From positions 1 to 61,737 of the forward strand of contig NW_021832257.1 of assembly GCF_006345805.1 (NCBI RefSeq): 61,737 bases of DNA, read 5' to 3'. Position numbers and translations under genes: made by a program. Source of the DNA: Octopus sinensis (lineage: Eukaryota). Numbering within the stretch: the first letter of the stretch is position 1; each line of letters begins with the position of its first letter. Below are positions 28,851-41,946 of the stretch, in pieces. Below the pieces are notes generated by a model. That model was not told the DNA's origin and did not search any database. It was given only the letters and a program-made list of their open reading frames with translations.

Positions 28851-28880
28851 CGATTCTTCTCTAATTCGTTGTGAGTTGAC
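28851..28880 (-). CDS. MXI1: 30-nt coding microexon (phase 2-2) encoding the basic DNA-binding region of the MXD/MXI1-like protein
   Basis: Acceptor tttttctctttttactatgttgtag| then GTCAACTCACAACGAATTAGAGAAGAATCG then donor |gtaagtc. Spliced frame gives ...KKSQGN-R-STHNELEKN-R, matching MXI1 RSTHNELEKNR(RAHLR). Confidence 0.96.
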
Positions 28881-29041
28881 CTACAACATAGTAAAAAGAG
28901 AAAAACTGAATGAGTGACAAGACAAATAATAAATTTTTTTTTTTTTAAATGAGAAAAAAAAAGAAGACAAATAATTTTATTCTCTAATTTGCAATATTTA
29001 CCTTTTTTTTTTTTTGCTGTTGATATTATTGTTATTTCATA

Positions 29042-29091
<50 letters not shown>

Positions 29092-29984
29092 CATCATCAT
29101 CATTATTATTATTATTACTACTACTACTACTGTATGTTGCTTACATCATTTCAAGAATAATGGATATTTTTTTTTCTACAAACCACAACTGAAGCAAAAA
29201 AAATTTTTAATTTATTTTTGGATAACTATCAAAAGGGAACCTCCAAGAGCGCAATGGATGTTAGCTCATACCTGTAGAGACACGAATTCTATCATTTTTA
29301 TAACATAATTATACCCTCTCCCACTTTGATTACAACCAATTCAAGCCAAAGTGAAAACAAACGCAAGCTACACAGAGAGGAAACAAAAGAAAATTTAACT
29401 ATGAACAAAAAAAAATGATAACAAATTCAATTCCACAGCAGGACTCTATCTTCCTCTCTCACATACACACACACACACATTTACATACACATTTTGCTAA
29501 ATGAAGAAAACGTGTCATTTTTTTTAATGGGCAAAAGTATTGTTTTAGTAGTGTCTTCACAAGTGTTGCAAATACCAAAGAAGCACTAAACATGTTACCT
29601 ATCAAAGTAAAAAAACAAAACAGAGCTATATGACTCAGGATGTGGATATTGCTGCCTTACCTGAGCTCTCTTTAGCTAATTGCAAGCACTAAGAAAAGTC
29701 ACACATTTCTGTATAGCCCAAAACCTTGAGCCCCTAAAAGCAACAGTTAAGGTAGACCTGGACAATACGTGGAGTGATATTTTCTACATTGGTTCGTATA
29801 GGAATTATGTAAATGTACAACTGAAATTTCAAAATTTAACTCAATATAACCCCATCCAATCTGTTTCTTTATTTGTTGCTTCCCCATGTATTTCATCTTT
29901 GCAAAACCCCAAACATCTTGGGCTACTGTGGGCAATAAAAGAATATATAATTACCAATGTTATCAACGTGGCAAGCTGGTAGAA

Positions 29985-30410
29985 TTGCTACTGTGTGAGA
30001 GACAAAATGCTTACGGTTCTTTATGTCCTGAGTTCAAATGCTGCCAAGGTCAACTTTGCCCTTAATGCTTCTGGGGTCAATAAATTAAGTACCATCTGAG
30101 TACTGGTATCAGTATTAATTGATTTAACCCTCCTACCCCTCAAAATTGAAATGCTCGTTATTATTCACAATTATTATTAAGGCAGTGAGGGTGACAAGCT
30201 GGCAGAGTCATTAGCATGCCGGACAAAATGTTTAGCAGCATTACACCTATCTTTATGTTCTGGGTTCAAATTCAGCCGAGGCTGACATTGTCTTTCACCC
30301 TTTCAAGATCAATAAAATAAACACCAGCTGGGTACTGGGGTCAATGCAATAACTAGTCCCCTCCCCCGAAATTTCAGGCTTTGTGCTTGTAACAGAAGGA
30401 ATTATTACTC
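29985..30410 (+). mobile_element. Two SINE family A copies
   Basis: gcaagctggtagaa.../caagctggcagag..., box-B-like ggttcaaatt and the conserved central domain. Confidence 0.75.
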
Positions 30411-30737
30411 TAATTGTTATTATTTACCTGTTAAAAAGATACTTTTCATAACTACAGATACATACATCAACTACCACTACTATGAGCTAACAAGGGAACC
30501 TTCTATGCTATCACTCACCTTGCTAGAAATAGCAGCCATATCCCACTCAAATCACACTCCCACTTACATAATGGACAATATGGTCCCTGAATTCCCTGTA
30601 CAGAAGACAAAGATGGGAAGGTCATGGCTGGAATGCCTTTGATCATAGGCCTGCTGGAACAACAACAACAACTGCTACAACACTATTGCTACCACATTAT
30701 CAATGTATACTACTCTACACAATCACCTCACCACTGT

Positions 30738-30771
<34 letters not shown>

Positions 30772-30951
30772 ACCACCACCACCACCACCACCACATCAAC
30801 AATATTGCTAGTACCAGCATGTCTCCCACCATCACCACCACTACACTACCATCACTACAATCACCACACCAACACCACCATCACCACCACCACCACAACA
30901 ACCGAGATTGCTAGCGCAACCACTACCATCACTAATATGATCCTCACCACC

Positions 30952-30983
<32 letters not shown>

Positions 30984-31088
30984 CAACACAAAAAAACACA
31001 ACAAATCAAGCATTTAAAAATGACTTTTACATGTACTATAGCAACCAATGTTACTATAATATTCAAGTTAGAACTTGTACTAAACACA

Positions 31089-31128
<40 letters not shown>

Positions 31129-31456
31129 ACACACACACACACACAAACAATAAAATGTTTAGAAGTGAAAGGATAAAAGAAAATGAATAAAAGCCAACAA
31201 CAACAACAACAACAAATAACAAACAACAGCCAACAATTTTTAAAAATCGAAACAAATCTATTGATTTCGAATAGAGAGACAAGGCAACACATTTGTGCTG
31301 GGAGTGGTGTAGTCAATTATATTAACACCAGTGCATCGCCGGTACTTACTTCATTGACTTTTGAAGGATGAAGAGGACACATCGATCTTAACGGGATTCA
31401 AGATCAGAAAGGAAAGACTACCTCAATATCACAAGGTTCATAAAAACTTTATTTTT

Positions 31457-32230
31457 TTCTATAAATCCGTAACCACTTTGGGGTAAGCATTTGTGTGCTA
31501 TGGATGCTGTTGCACTCCATCTGCTCATGCAGGAGTTGATGTCTCATCACACTGTGAAACAGCTCTGTTAATTGTTTCAGTTCCCTTTCATTGTAACACC
31601 AGAGCTCCTGAGGGCCACCTGCTGACGTAAGCAACAAGACAGTTGCACAACAGAACAAGTTGTGTTTGCAAACTCTGGGCCAGATGTTTCTACCATCATC
31701 AATATCATCAATGCCTCTTCTTATTTCTTTATTGCCCACAAGGGGCTACACACAGAGGGGACAGACAAGGACAGACAAAGGGATTAAGTCGATTACATTG
31801 ACCCCAGTGCATAACTGGTACTTAATTTATCAACCACGAAAGGATGAAAGGCAAAGTCGATCTAGGCGGAATTTGAACTCAGAACATAACAGGCAGACGA
31901 ATTACTGCTAAGCATTTCGCCCGGTGTGCTAACGTTTCTGCCAGCTCGCTGCCTTATAATATTTGCTCTATTGTTTCTACAAATCCGCAACCACTTGGGG
32001 TAAGCGTTTGTGTGCTGTGGATGCTGTTGCACTCCATCTCTTCATGCAGGAGTCGATGTCTCATCACACTGTGAAGCAACTCTGAAATTGTTTTGGGTCC
32101 CTTTCATTGTAACACCAAAGCTCCTAAGAGCCACCCGCTGATGTAAGCAACAAGACACCTTCACAACAACACATGTTGTGTTTGCAAACTCTGGGCCAGA
32201 TGTTTCTACCTTCATTAATATCATCAATGC
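31457..32230 (-). repeat. Two diverged direct copies (~257 bp; 31457-31714 and 31975-32230) of the putative Hero 3'UTR, separated by a SINE
   Basis: Copies align along their length (e.g. ggatgctgttgcactccatct, gtgtttgcaaactctgggccagatgtttctacc) with scattered substitutions. Confidence 0.9.
31715..31955 (-). mobile_element. SINE family A, full length
   Basis: Reverse complement of the family consensus seen at 38049-38279. Confidence 0.85.
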
Positions 32231-32410
32231 TTATTCTTGTTGCACCACATGGTCTCTTTCTTGAGCCAGATGTAATGGCTTGCTTTCTCCATGGCTTTTA
32301 ACAATTTTTGGCCAACATCTTTCCTCTCCTTTGAAGTGAATCTCCAGCACACTCCAGAGCTGGCATCCAACAAATCTTCCAACACTTAAATCTACAGGAA
32401 GCCATTGTTC
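32224..32410 (-). mobile_element. Decayed C-terminus of an RLE (R2/Hero-type) non-LTR retrotransposon ORF
   Basis: LPVDLSVGRFVGCQLWSVL... and, after a 1-nt frameshift in an A-run, AMEKASHYIWLKKETMW. Resembles the PVEVGCRGF...AExASxWLWLKR end of Hero-like RLE proteins (recalled pattern, not searched). Confidence 0.55.
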
Positions 32411-35403
32411 ACACAGATTATACTTTTGACCAGGCACAAGGAGGTGGCGGGAGGCCCTAGTCTGTAGCTCCTTGTTATATTCTCCATCCTTGGGTAATGT
32501 CAGCCACAGTGGAACTTGATCTCAGAACATAGCAACATAAACCATGATATTCACTGTTTGTAGTCACATGCAGCACATACAAGCCAATCACAGTCATCAT
32601 CGGTATCTCTACCGCCACCGCCGCTGCTGTCACCACCACCACCACCACCACCACTACCACCGCCACCACCATCATAACCAACACCACCACCACCACCATC
32701 TTCATCACCATCATTTTAACGTCCACTTTTTCCTACTTGCATGGGTTGCATGGAATTTATTAAGGTAGATTATTTTTTTACAGCCGTACACCCTTCTTGT
32801 CACCAATTATCGCTTGTCTCCAAGTAAGGTAATATCTTAAACATATGACCAGACATGTTTTGCATGGAAGATTGGACAATGAAGGACATTTGCATGACAG
32901 TGACACCTGCTTACAACAATCAAGTGATGTCAAAGCAAAGAAACAATAAAACACACACATGTACACACACACACACACACACACCACACATAATGAATTT
33001 TCTAGCATAAAGATTAATGTAGCATATAATGTGAACATTCTGTGTAAACATGCAAACATCATCACTATCTTTCAAAATCCTGCTGCAGTTCGCATAGGAC
33101 TTTTGGCCCTCCAATGTTGTCTTGGTGTACAAGCTAACCTACCATTTTTAACCGTAAATACTTGTCTAAGAATTCAGCTTCATCATCAGCATCATTGTTT
33201 AATGTTCACTTTCCATGCTAGTATGGGTTGGATGATTTGACTGAGGACTGGCAAACCAGATGGCTGCACCAGGCTCGAATCTTGATATGGCAGAGTTTCT
33301 ACAGCTGGATGTCCTTCCTAACGCCAACCACTCTGAGAGAGTAGTGGGTGCTTTTACGTGCCACCAGCACGAGGGCCAGTCAGGCGGTACTGGCAACGGT
33401 CACAGGAAATTTTTTTTTTTTTTTTTTTCAATACAACATACATATGCATATACATAAACTATATTGTTTTGTGAAAAGCACTGGAGATGGTGCCACATAA
33501 ATAGTATTCAATACACTCTGTAATGTGGTTGGTATTAGGAAGGGCATCCAGCCATGAAAACTTTGCCAGAATGGGCAACTGGAGATTGGTGTGGCTCTCT
33601 GGCTTGTCAGCTCCTGCCAAACCATCCAACCCATGCCAGCATAAAAACAGTTGTTAAATGATGATGATGTGATCGGCTTTCAGTTTCCATCTACCAAATC
33701 CATTCACAAGCCTTTGGGTTGGCCTGAGGCTATAGTATAAAACACTTGTTCAAGGTGTCACACAGTGGGATTGAACCCGATAATATACAACAGGGGAAAC
33801 AACAGGGTTTCTTACCACAAAGCCACGCCTGCACCTACGAAACAAAAGTATACACTACCAACCTCACCTCCAAACAAATTAAATACCAGCATGTCCCAGG
33901 TGTAAGTCAACACCCACCTACCCTTACCAGAAGAAACTTATTTTGTTATCTCCTGAGTAGTCAATCTGCTATGTCCATGACCCAGATAAGTTCTGTAGAT
34001 TAAGCAGTTTGATATGCTGGCTGGGGGCAGAGGGGAGGGGGGAATTATAAAAGGACAACAAAAAAGATTGTCACTGCTGTGAACACATCCAGAAATTTTT
34101 AGACCCAACAAGGAAACTGCTATGTTGTGGCTTGATTATTGCTAGAAACAGAAGCCAAACCTCCCTCGTGCCACACTTTTACTACCTTAAAACAGTAAAT
34201 AAGGGATTACATATAAACAGACACACACACACACATACACGCACACACACACACACACTCACACAGAGGCTGCTTCGTTGATTGGATCAACACTTGCCGG
34301 CTAAACCAACAGTGCCATTTAAGGAAATGTGTGTGTGTGTGTGTGTGTGGTGGAGGTATGTATATATCTTTAAATCACACCTCCACCGTTTACTTAAGAA
34401 GGACATACTACATAAAATGGCCCTGGTCTTGGGCTCCTCGCACAGAACCAAGACCAGTTAGCCAACACTATAATTCTTGTTGTTGATCATAGGTCTGCTC
34501 AGTCAGGCCTGACCTAGGGCTAATCATCAACAACAACGACAACAACAACAGCAAGCAGCATTATTCTTAATCAGCTGATTCTTCACATGCTTTCTCCGGT
34601 CAGAGAAAAAAAAAAAGACTTTTACCTGAGTCATATGATTTGAGTGCAATTATGTTTTTTGTTTTTTTTATTTGTTCTTTCATTTATTTCTCACCTGCAA
34701 CTCCTCCCCTAACATACTCCCACTTCTCCCTCACCTCATCCCCCCCAGATCTTCCCCCCCTCCCCCATCAACACCTGGGAAATTTTTATTTATTTATTTG
34801 TTTTTATTCTTGTGTTCTTCCTGCTTTAAGGTTTATAATATTATGATTATTTTTCTTCAATTTTTTTTGCTATATCACATTATTCCACAATCCACCCACC
34901 ACTATTACCACCACCACTACCACCCCACCCCTCCCCTCTTCTGCTTCACAGCCAATGTCCACTCCATGTCCATCTGTCAGTATTTTGGGATTTTTTATTG
35001 CATTTTATTTTTGGGGGGAGGGAAGTGGGTGTGGGAATGGCAGGGGTAGGGTAGAATACTGAATCTACCCCCCCACACACACACCACCACCACCACCACC
35101 ACCACCACCACCATAGCCACGGCCACTACCTTCAATAATAACAAACTGTATTTGGGGGTCATTGCTAGGTGACATTCTACATAATCTATACAGATTTTCT
35201 CAAACAAAATTTATTTGGCCACCATCGCCACCATACCACCACCACCACTACCACAACAACTACTACTACTACTACTACTGCTGCTGCTGTTCTTGCCACA
35301 GCTGTTGTGGTTGTTGATGCTGTGATAACCATTTTCACTGCTACAAGAGAGCTACTGTTGTTGCTTACAGCCTTTTGTCTTTGTGAACACCACTAAAACA
35401 ACC

Positions 35404-35463
<60 letters not shown>

Positions 35464-36313
35464 ACTATCAGACCATGTGCGACGACAAGGAAAAGCAGTC
35501 ACTAATATACACCAGCAGAATCTGTGCTTGTTTAAATACTGAGTGCCACAGTATATATATATATATATACATACATACATACATATATATATACTGTGGA
35601 ACTCTGTTGGTCATGATGACAAGGGTTCCAGTTGATCCGATCAACGGAACAGCCTGCTCGTGAAATTAACGTGTAAGTGGCTGAGCATTCCATAGACACG
35701 TGTACCCTTAATGTAGTTCTTGGGGAGATTCAGCATGACACAGAGTATGACAAGGCTGGCCCTTCGAAATACAGGTACAACAGAAAGTAGTGGTGAAAGA
35801 GAATAGCAGGGTTCACCACCAGCCCCTGCCAGAACCTCGTGGTGCTTAAAGTGTTTACGCTCAATAAACACTCACAACGCCTGGTCTGGGAATCGAAACC
35901 CCGATCCTATGATAGCAAGTCGGCTGCCCTAACCACTGGGCCATTACGCCTCCATATATACTCTTTACTCTTTTACTTGTTTCAGACATTTGAGCGTGGT
36001 CATGTTGGAGCACCACCTTTTAGTCAAGCAAATTGACCCCAGGACTTATTCTCATTCACCACCACCACCACCACTACATCAACAATAAAAAGCAAAATGC
36101 ACTGGGGCCGATTTCGTTGACTTAAAACCTATCAAAGCAGTGGTGCCCTGACATGGCTGCACTCCAATGACTGTAACAAATAAAGGTTGAAAGAGATCTT
36201 ATCCTTTTTTTACCCTTACCCCTTTTTTTCATCTTAATCACAGTTTGTTTTAGATCGGATGTCTTGGATATGAAACGTAACCAAAATGAGTGTTGGCGGT
36301 AATTTGTATGGAA

Positions 36314-36826
36314 CTAGCAGTATCGCCCGGCGTTGCTTGGGTTTGTAAGGGAAATAACTATATAAGCATTTTTAGAGAGTTACTTCCCTTATAGATGCCA
36401 ATTCAGGCTTTCTTAGCCATTTCTGTTTTGGTGTCTTCAAGCCATGAAGTCGTTGTTCTAAAAGAACGCTGGTCTCCTTGACAACGCCTTACGACGTTGA
36501 TTTCCTTACACTCCCTTCCCCACAGCTTCACGAGGGAGGGAAGAAGGGGGAGAAGCAAACAGGTGCAGGTGTGACCATGGACGCCAGCTCCGCCGCCATC
36601 GACACACGAAAAATTATGCATTAAAATGGAATAAAAAATGATGTTAAATTATTTTAAAAATCATAGACTCATCGTAGACGCGCGCTAATACTCAGACGGG
36701 CTCGATATGAATCACGACTATAAGATACCCGAATTTGGTTAAACTGCACCGCAAAATGTGGGAGTAGTTAGGAATCTAAATCGAAGGGGACAGACACTCA
36801 CACAACTACAGTTTTATATATATAGA
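36314..36826 (-). mobile_element. Non-autonomous Helitron, 513 bp
   Basis: Minus strand A|TCTATATATATAAAAC ... CCCAAGCAACGCCGGG-CGATACTG-CTAG|T. This gives 5' TC, 3' CTAG, a subterminal GC-rich hairpin-like segment, insertion between A and T, and no TSD. The interior is CpG-rich. Confidence 0.8.
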
Positions 36827-37266
36827 TATCCGTAGAGATAGCCTTAACAAGTGACACATTTTGAAGTTGTACTTTTTTCTAATAAGTGGAAGAGGCATTC
36901 TAGCCATCTAACAGCATGCAGCAAACTGTTCAATTTTAACTTCAAGTTTTAGGTTTGTTCCACGAGGAGTCAAAAACTCTCACAGCACACCTGTGACCTA
37001 CCTGGTTACTGCAATGCAACTCCGTGTCAGAGAGCAAGGTCACAGATGTGTGTTGAAAATTTGGACATCACATGAATTCGCTCTGTGCATTATTAAATAG
37101 CGAGGAATAGCTTTTCTATGATATAATTGCTATCAATTACAACTATCATCTTCATCTAACATCCGTTAGTTCTGTGCTGGCATGGGTTAATTGCTTAAAT
37201 GGATTGTCACAGTCCTAATTATACACACACACACACACACACTGAGCTACAGATAAAACCATGCAG

Positions 37267-37771
37267 GTATGGAGTTGGACTAGTATAGGCCGCAAAACGA
37301 GGCTGATGTTGTTCAAGACATTGGTTCGACCAATATTACACTATGGATGGTAAAACTGGGAAAGTGAAACGAAAATGGAAGAAAATGAAGATGATGGAGA
37401 GCTTCTCCTTTACATGCTCAAGGAGGAAACTCAACATCAAGTGGCTGCAAAGAGTCCGAAATGACACAATTGAGACAACAACAGACATCAACAGGATCAG
37501 TGATGAAATAAGAGGTAAACGTTGGAACTAGATTGGATACGTCGTCAGATAAGATCGAGAAAGCGATTGTATGGTGGAACTGAAGTGGCAGCCTGAGTGG
37601 GAAAGAGCAGCAAGGTGCCCTAAAACCACGTGGCAAAGGACCATTGAGAGGGAAAGGAGACAAGAAGGGTGGAGAGGCTGGAACGAGATCAGAACAGTGG
37701 AAGAAAATAGCTGGTTGGAAAGATCCATGTTGTGGCCCTATGTGCCCCATACCACAAAGAGAACTAGCTAG
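37267..37771 (+). mobile_element. Decayed 3' end of an RTE-clade LINE ORF
   Basis: With stops and frameshifts it reads VWSWTSIGRKTRLMLFKTLVRPILHYG..., FTCSRRKLNIKW...EIRGKRWN, LKWQPEWERAARCPKTTWQRTIERERRQEGW. This matches the RTE C-terminal pattern (RRILxIxW, GxRxRGRPxxTW). Confidence 0.85.
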
Positions 37772-38048
37772 AAAGTGTAGGGGAAAAGAGAAAATAGGAA
37801 AGCTCCTCACAAAGCAGACAGTTTATATTTCAAGCACAAAGGCCCATCCGCAGATGGAAAACAGGTTGAGAAATGTCTAGTTATACACGTTCCGTTAACC
37901 CATTCAGATCCCTCAATGTTATGCTATCAACAGGAGTTACTCTCCATTTGGGGAGACATTTCCCAGCTTGTTTTTCTTCTGAAGATGGGCCTTGTTAAAC
38001 TTCCTGCATTGATATTACAATGCTTCATGCAAACTACAATGATCTTTA

Positions 38049-38279
38049 AGGCGGTGAGCTGGCAGACACGTTAGCATGCCGGGCGAAATGCTTAGCGATA
38101 ATTCGTCTGCCATTACTTCTGAGTTCAAATTCCACCGAGGTCAACTTTGCCTTTCATCCTTTCAGGGTCGATTAAATAAGTACCAGTTATGCACTGGGGT
38201 TGATGCAATCAACTTAATCCCTTTGTCTGTCCTGGTCCCCTCTACGTTTAGCCCCTTGTGGGCAATAAAGAAATAAAAA
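38049..38279 (+). mobile_element. SINE family A, full length, low divergence
   Basis: aaggcggtgagctggcag...gagttcaaattccaccgaggtcaactttgcctttcatcc...tagccccttgtgggcaataaagaaata. Further copies at ~39160-39372 and ~61445-61665. Confidence 0.85.
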
Positions 38280-38498
38280 TGCTCTTAGAAGGTGTATGTT
38301 ATAACACTGACTCAAGAGAGGCTGTCATACGGAAAGACAATGGGAGATCCTCTTTATCCTCTAACCATTCTTACTCAGAATTACTAAAATACGGAGCCAG
38401 CAATGTGGTTTGTAGTCCTGCTTCTGCTATTGCTTCAGCGGTATATCTTAGCTTTGTCTCTCTCTGGCATATGCAGTCACCATTTGTTCCTTTATTAA

Positions 38499-38740
38499 CC
38501 CTTTCGTTACCATATTTCTTGTAGAAATAAATTGCTTTTGTAATAACTGATTTTGAAAATATTGAAGAAAATTCTTCAAAAATAAATTTTATCGTTATTA
38601 ACCCTACACTACCTTAATTTCAATTAATTTTGAAAGTACTGAAGAATTTGGAACCTAAATTTAAATGAATTTTTGGTGAAATGTTTTAATTTAGATTGCT
38701 TTAAACCAGGCTGTTTATATCGCTGGATGGTATCAAAGGG
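38499..38740. mobile_element. piggyBac-like MITE
   Basis: TTAA|CCCTTTCGTTACC ... GGTATCAAAGGG|TATT. CCC termini, and TTAA on one side. Confidence 0.65.
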
Positions 38741-38822
38741 TATTTGGAACTTTGAATTAATATAAAATTTAGTTGAAAGACTTTAACAGATCACTTTAAA
38801 ACAGCATGTGCATGAGTGTGTG

Positions 38823-38856
<34 letters not shown>

Positions 38857-40334
38857 ATCATCTTATCATGACAGTTGTGAGTGCCACTGTCATCCAAGAA
38901 GTGTCATTTATTTCCAATATTCTGTGAGAGAGCATTGCTGGCCATAGAAAAATATTACCTAGCTTGGAAACAGATAGAGGTTGGCAGCAGGAAGAGCATC
39001 TGGCCACGGGCAAAATATCTGCCTCAAATAAACTCTGTTTGACCCATGCAAGCATAGAAAAAGTGGACGGTATTTAATCATTTATATTTTTAATTCTTTC
39101 TCTTTAGTAGTGTATAATGTGTGTGTTTAGATTGCTAATAAGATGACTCTATCAAAAGGCAGCAAGCTGGCAGAATTGTTACTGCGGTATAAAAATGCTT
39201 AGCAGCATTTTCTCTAACTTTATGTTCTGAGTTCAAATTCCGCCAAGGTCGACTTCATCTTTTATCCTTTTGGGGTCGATAAAATAAGTACCAGTTGACC
39301 ACTGAGGTCAATGTAGTTGACTTGCATCCTCTCACACAATTGCTGGCCTTCTGCCAAAATTTGAATCCAATATAATGACACCATTGCATTAACCATACTA
39401 CTATGACAGATGCAGAACCACAGGACATCGGATCAGGTCTCTTTGTGGTCAAACAGTAACAGCAACAAGGAAAGAGAGTAAGACTAGAAAAGGGAGATTA
39501 TAGGAAACAATAGCAAGGAAAGATGAGGATAAGATTGGAGAAAGAGGGTTGCAGGAGTGGTTGAAAGGGAGAAGAAAACAGCATCCTGAAATGGCAGGAA
39601 GAGAGAAAGGAAGATGGAAAGAAATTAAGAAAATGTGTTTAATCTATTCAGCTTAATTAAGTGTAATTATACTGTCAGAACCATCTCAAGAACTGTCATA
39701 GGAACCTAGTGGTCAGTGAGAGCTAGAATAGTGGACAGCATTGGGATATACAGCTTGTGAATCATCTTAAGACACTACAAGAGAGGCAGGAAGAAAGATG
39801 AAGGAAGGAGAGGTGGATGGCAGAGCGGAAGAGAAGAAAGATATTACGTAAGCCAAGCGCAAACACACAGCAAGGCCCAAATAAGAACTGATTAATCTCT
39901 TCCGACATTAAATCAAGGTGTACACTTAGGAGAAAGAAGAGGGAGCAAGAGGGGGTGGCCAATGGTTGTGGCAGCCATCATCAATATCAACACGATGACA
40001 ACGACAACGACCACCACCGTCAACGCCATCACAACCACTGCCACCGTCATCAACACTATTACCATTATCATCACTAACAGCCATCATCATCATCATTATC
40101 TCCATCACCACAATCATTAACACCACTACTACTCCCAGTGTCACCACCATCACCATTGCAGTTAAGAGGTGTGAAGGTGTTCCAGCTATGACCACCCTGC
40201 CTTTTTTCTCAAAACACAAGCATATTGCAGACCACAATCTCAATCGTGTTCTTTGTGAAGCACACTAAAGGGTTCCCTAATGACACCCGAAGACCACAAC
40301 CTATTATGCGCCACAGACCAGTTTCACACAAGAT

Positions 40335-40880
40335 CACAAAGCTTTAGTCAGCCTGAGACTATAGTAGAAGACACTTGTCCAAGGTGCCATGCAGTAGGAC
40401 TGAACCCGGAACCAGTGGTTGGGAAGCAAGCTTCATACCACAGCCACTCTTGCGCCTGAATTAGACAATACATATATACACCCTTTTACTCTTTTACTTG
40501 TTTCAGACATTTGACTGCGGCCATGTTGGAGCACCGCCTTTAGTCAAGCAAATCGACCCCAGGACTTATTCTTTGTAAGCCTAGTACTTATTCTATCAGT
40601 CTCTTTAGCCGAACCACTAAGTTACGGAGACGTAAACACATCAGCATCAGTTGTCAAGCAATGTTGGGGGGACAGACATACAAACACACACACACACATA
40701 TATATACATATGTACGACAGTCTTCTTTCAGCTTCAGTCTACCAAATCCACTCACAAGGCTTTGGTTGACCTGAGGCTATAGTAGAAGACACTTGCCCAA
40801 GGTGCCATGCAGTGGGACTGAACCCGGAACCATGTGGTTTGTAAGCAAGCTACTTAACACACAGTCACACCTGCGCCTAT
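40335..40880 (-). mobile_element. SINE family B: truncated head copy plus full-length copy in tandem
   Basis: ggctatagtagaagacacttg..caaggtgccatgcagt occurs at ~40360 and ~40780, and the body lies between them. Further partial copies at ~19383-19560, 33670-33780, 44780-45050 and 49870-50120. Confidence 0.8.
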
Positions 40881-41915
40881 ATATATATATATATATATGA
40901 ATCATAACAATCACAATCATTATAATTTAATGTCTATCTTCCATGCTGGCAGGAGTAATACCGTTTGACAAGATCCAGTGAACCAGAGAAGGGCTGTGTT
41001 GAGTTCCAATGTCTCTTTTGGCATGGCTTTCCTAATGCCAACCCTTATACATGTATGTGTATAGTTTATATGCATGTATGTGTATAGTATATATGCATGT
41101 ATGTGTGTGTGTAGAGAGAGAGAGAGTGGAGGGAAAGAGAGAAGGATCGTTAGACACATACATGATCACACATGCGGCCATGATTGTGTTTACTTGAATT
41201 TGCAATGCAAATACTAAATGGCCGATCCACATCCAATCAATAACAGTTAAACGAATACAAAAATGGATTAGAATATCTATATGACAAGTACCAAAGGTGC
41301 TTACCATCATAGTGGTAACCAGTCTGTCTATCTGTCTGTGTATGTGTGCATGTGTGTATGTGTGTGTGGACATGAACACGTGAGTAAACACATGCATATA
41401 CGTTGATAGTGGTGTGATGGTATTGGCGGTCGCATAAGTGGTAGTGAGGATTTAGTTGGTGAAACTGAATATGTTGATGGTATTGGCTGTTGGTGGCGCT
41501 GTTGGCGGTAATGTTTTTAGAGATGGTGCTGTTGTTGTTGTTGGTGGTGGTGGTGTTAGTAGTGGTGTTACTGAAAGTGTGGGAGATCCATCTCTCTCTA
41601 TTTCATTTCCTCATTGGGACACACAGACACACACACACATGGTGACGCCAGCCATGTGGGTTAAGTGTTGTTAGCGTTCATGAAGACGTTAGTGATGATG
41701 ACGACGACGACGATGATTATGATGATGATGGTGCTAGTCTTGAGAATGGTAATAGCGATGGAGCCAGTGGCAGCGGTGGTGGTGTTCGTGCACAACAAAC
41801 AAACAGTAAGAAGGATTGGTGTACAAGAGGACTACGTGTTCAGATTATTAAGCCAGGCCAAATGGAGGACGTGTTTAAGTGTGTTTGTTACATAGAGCAA
41901 TTTATTTTACATCAG

Positions 41916-41946
<31 letters not shown>

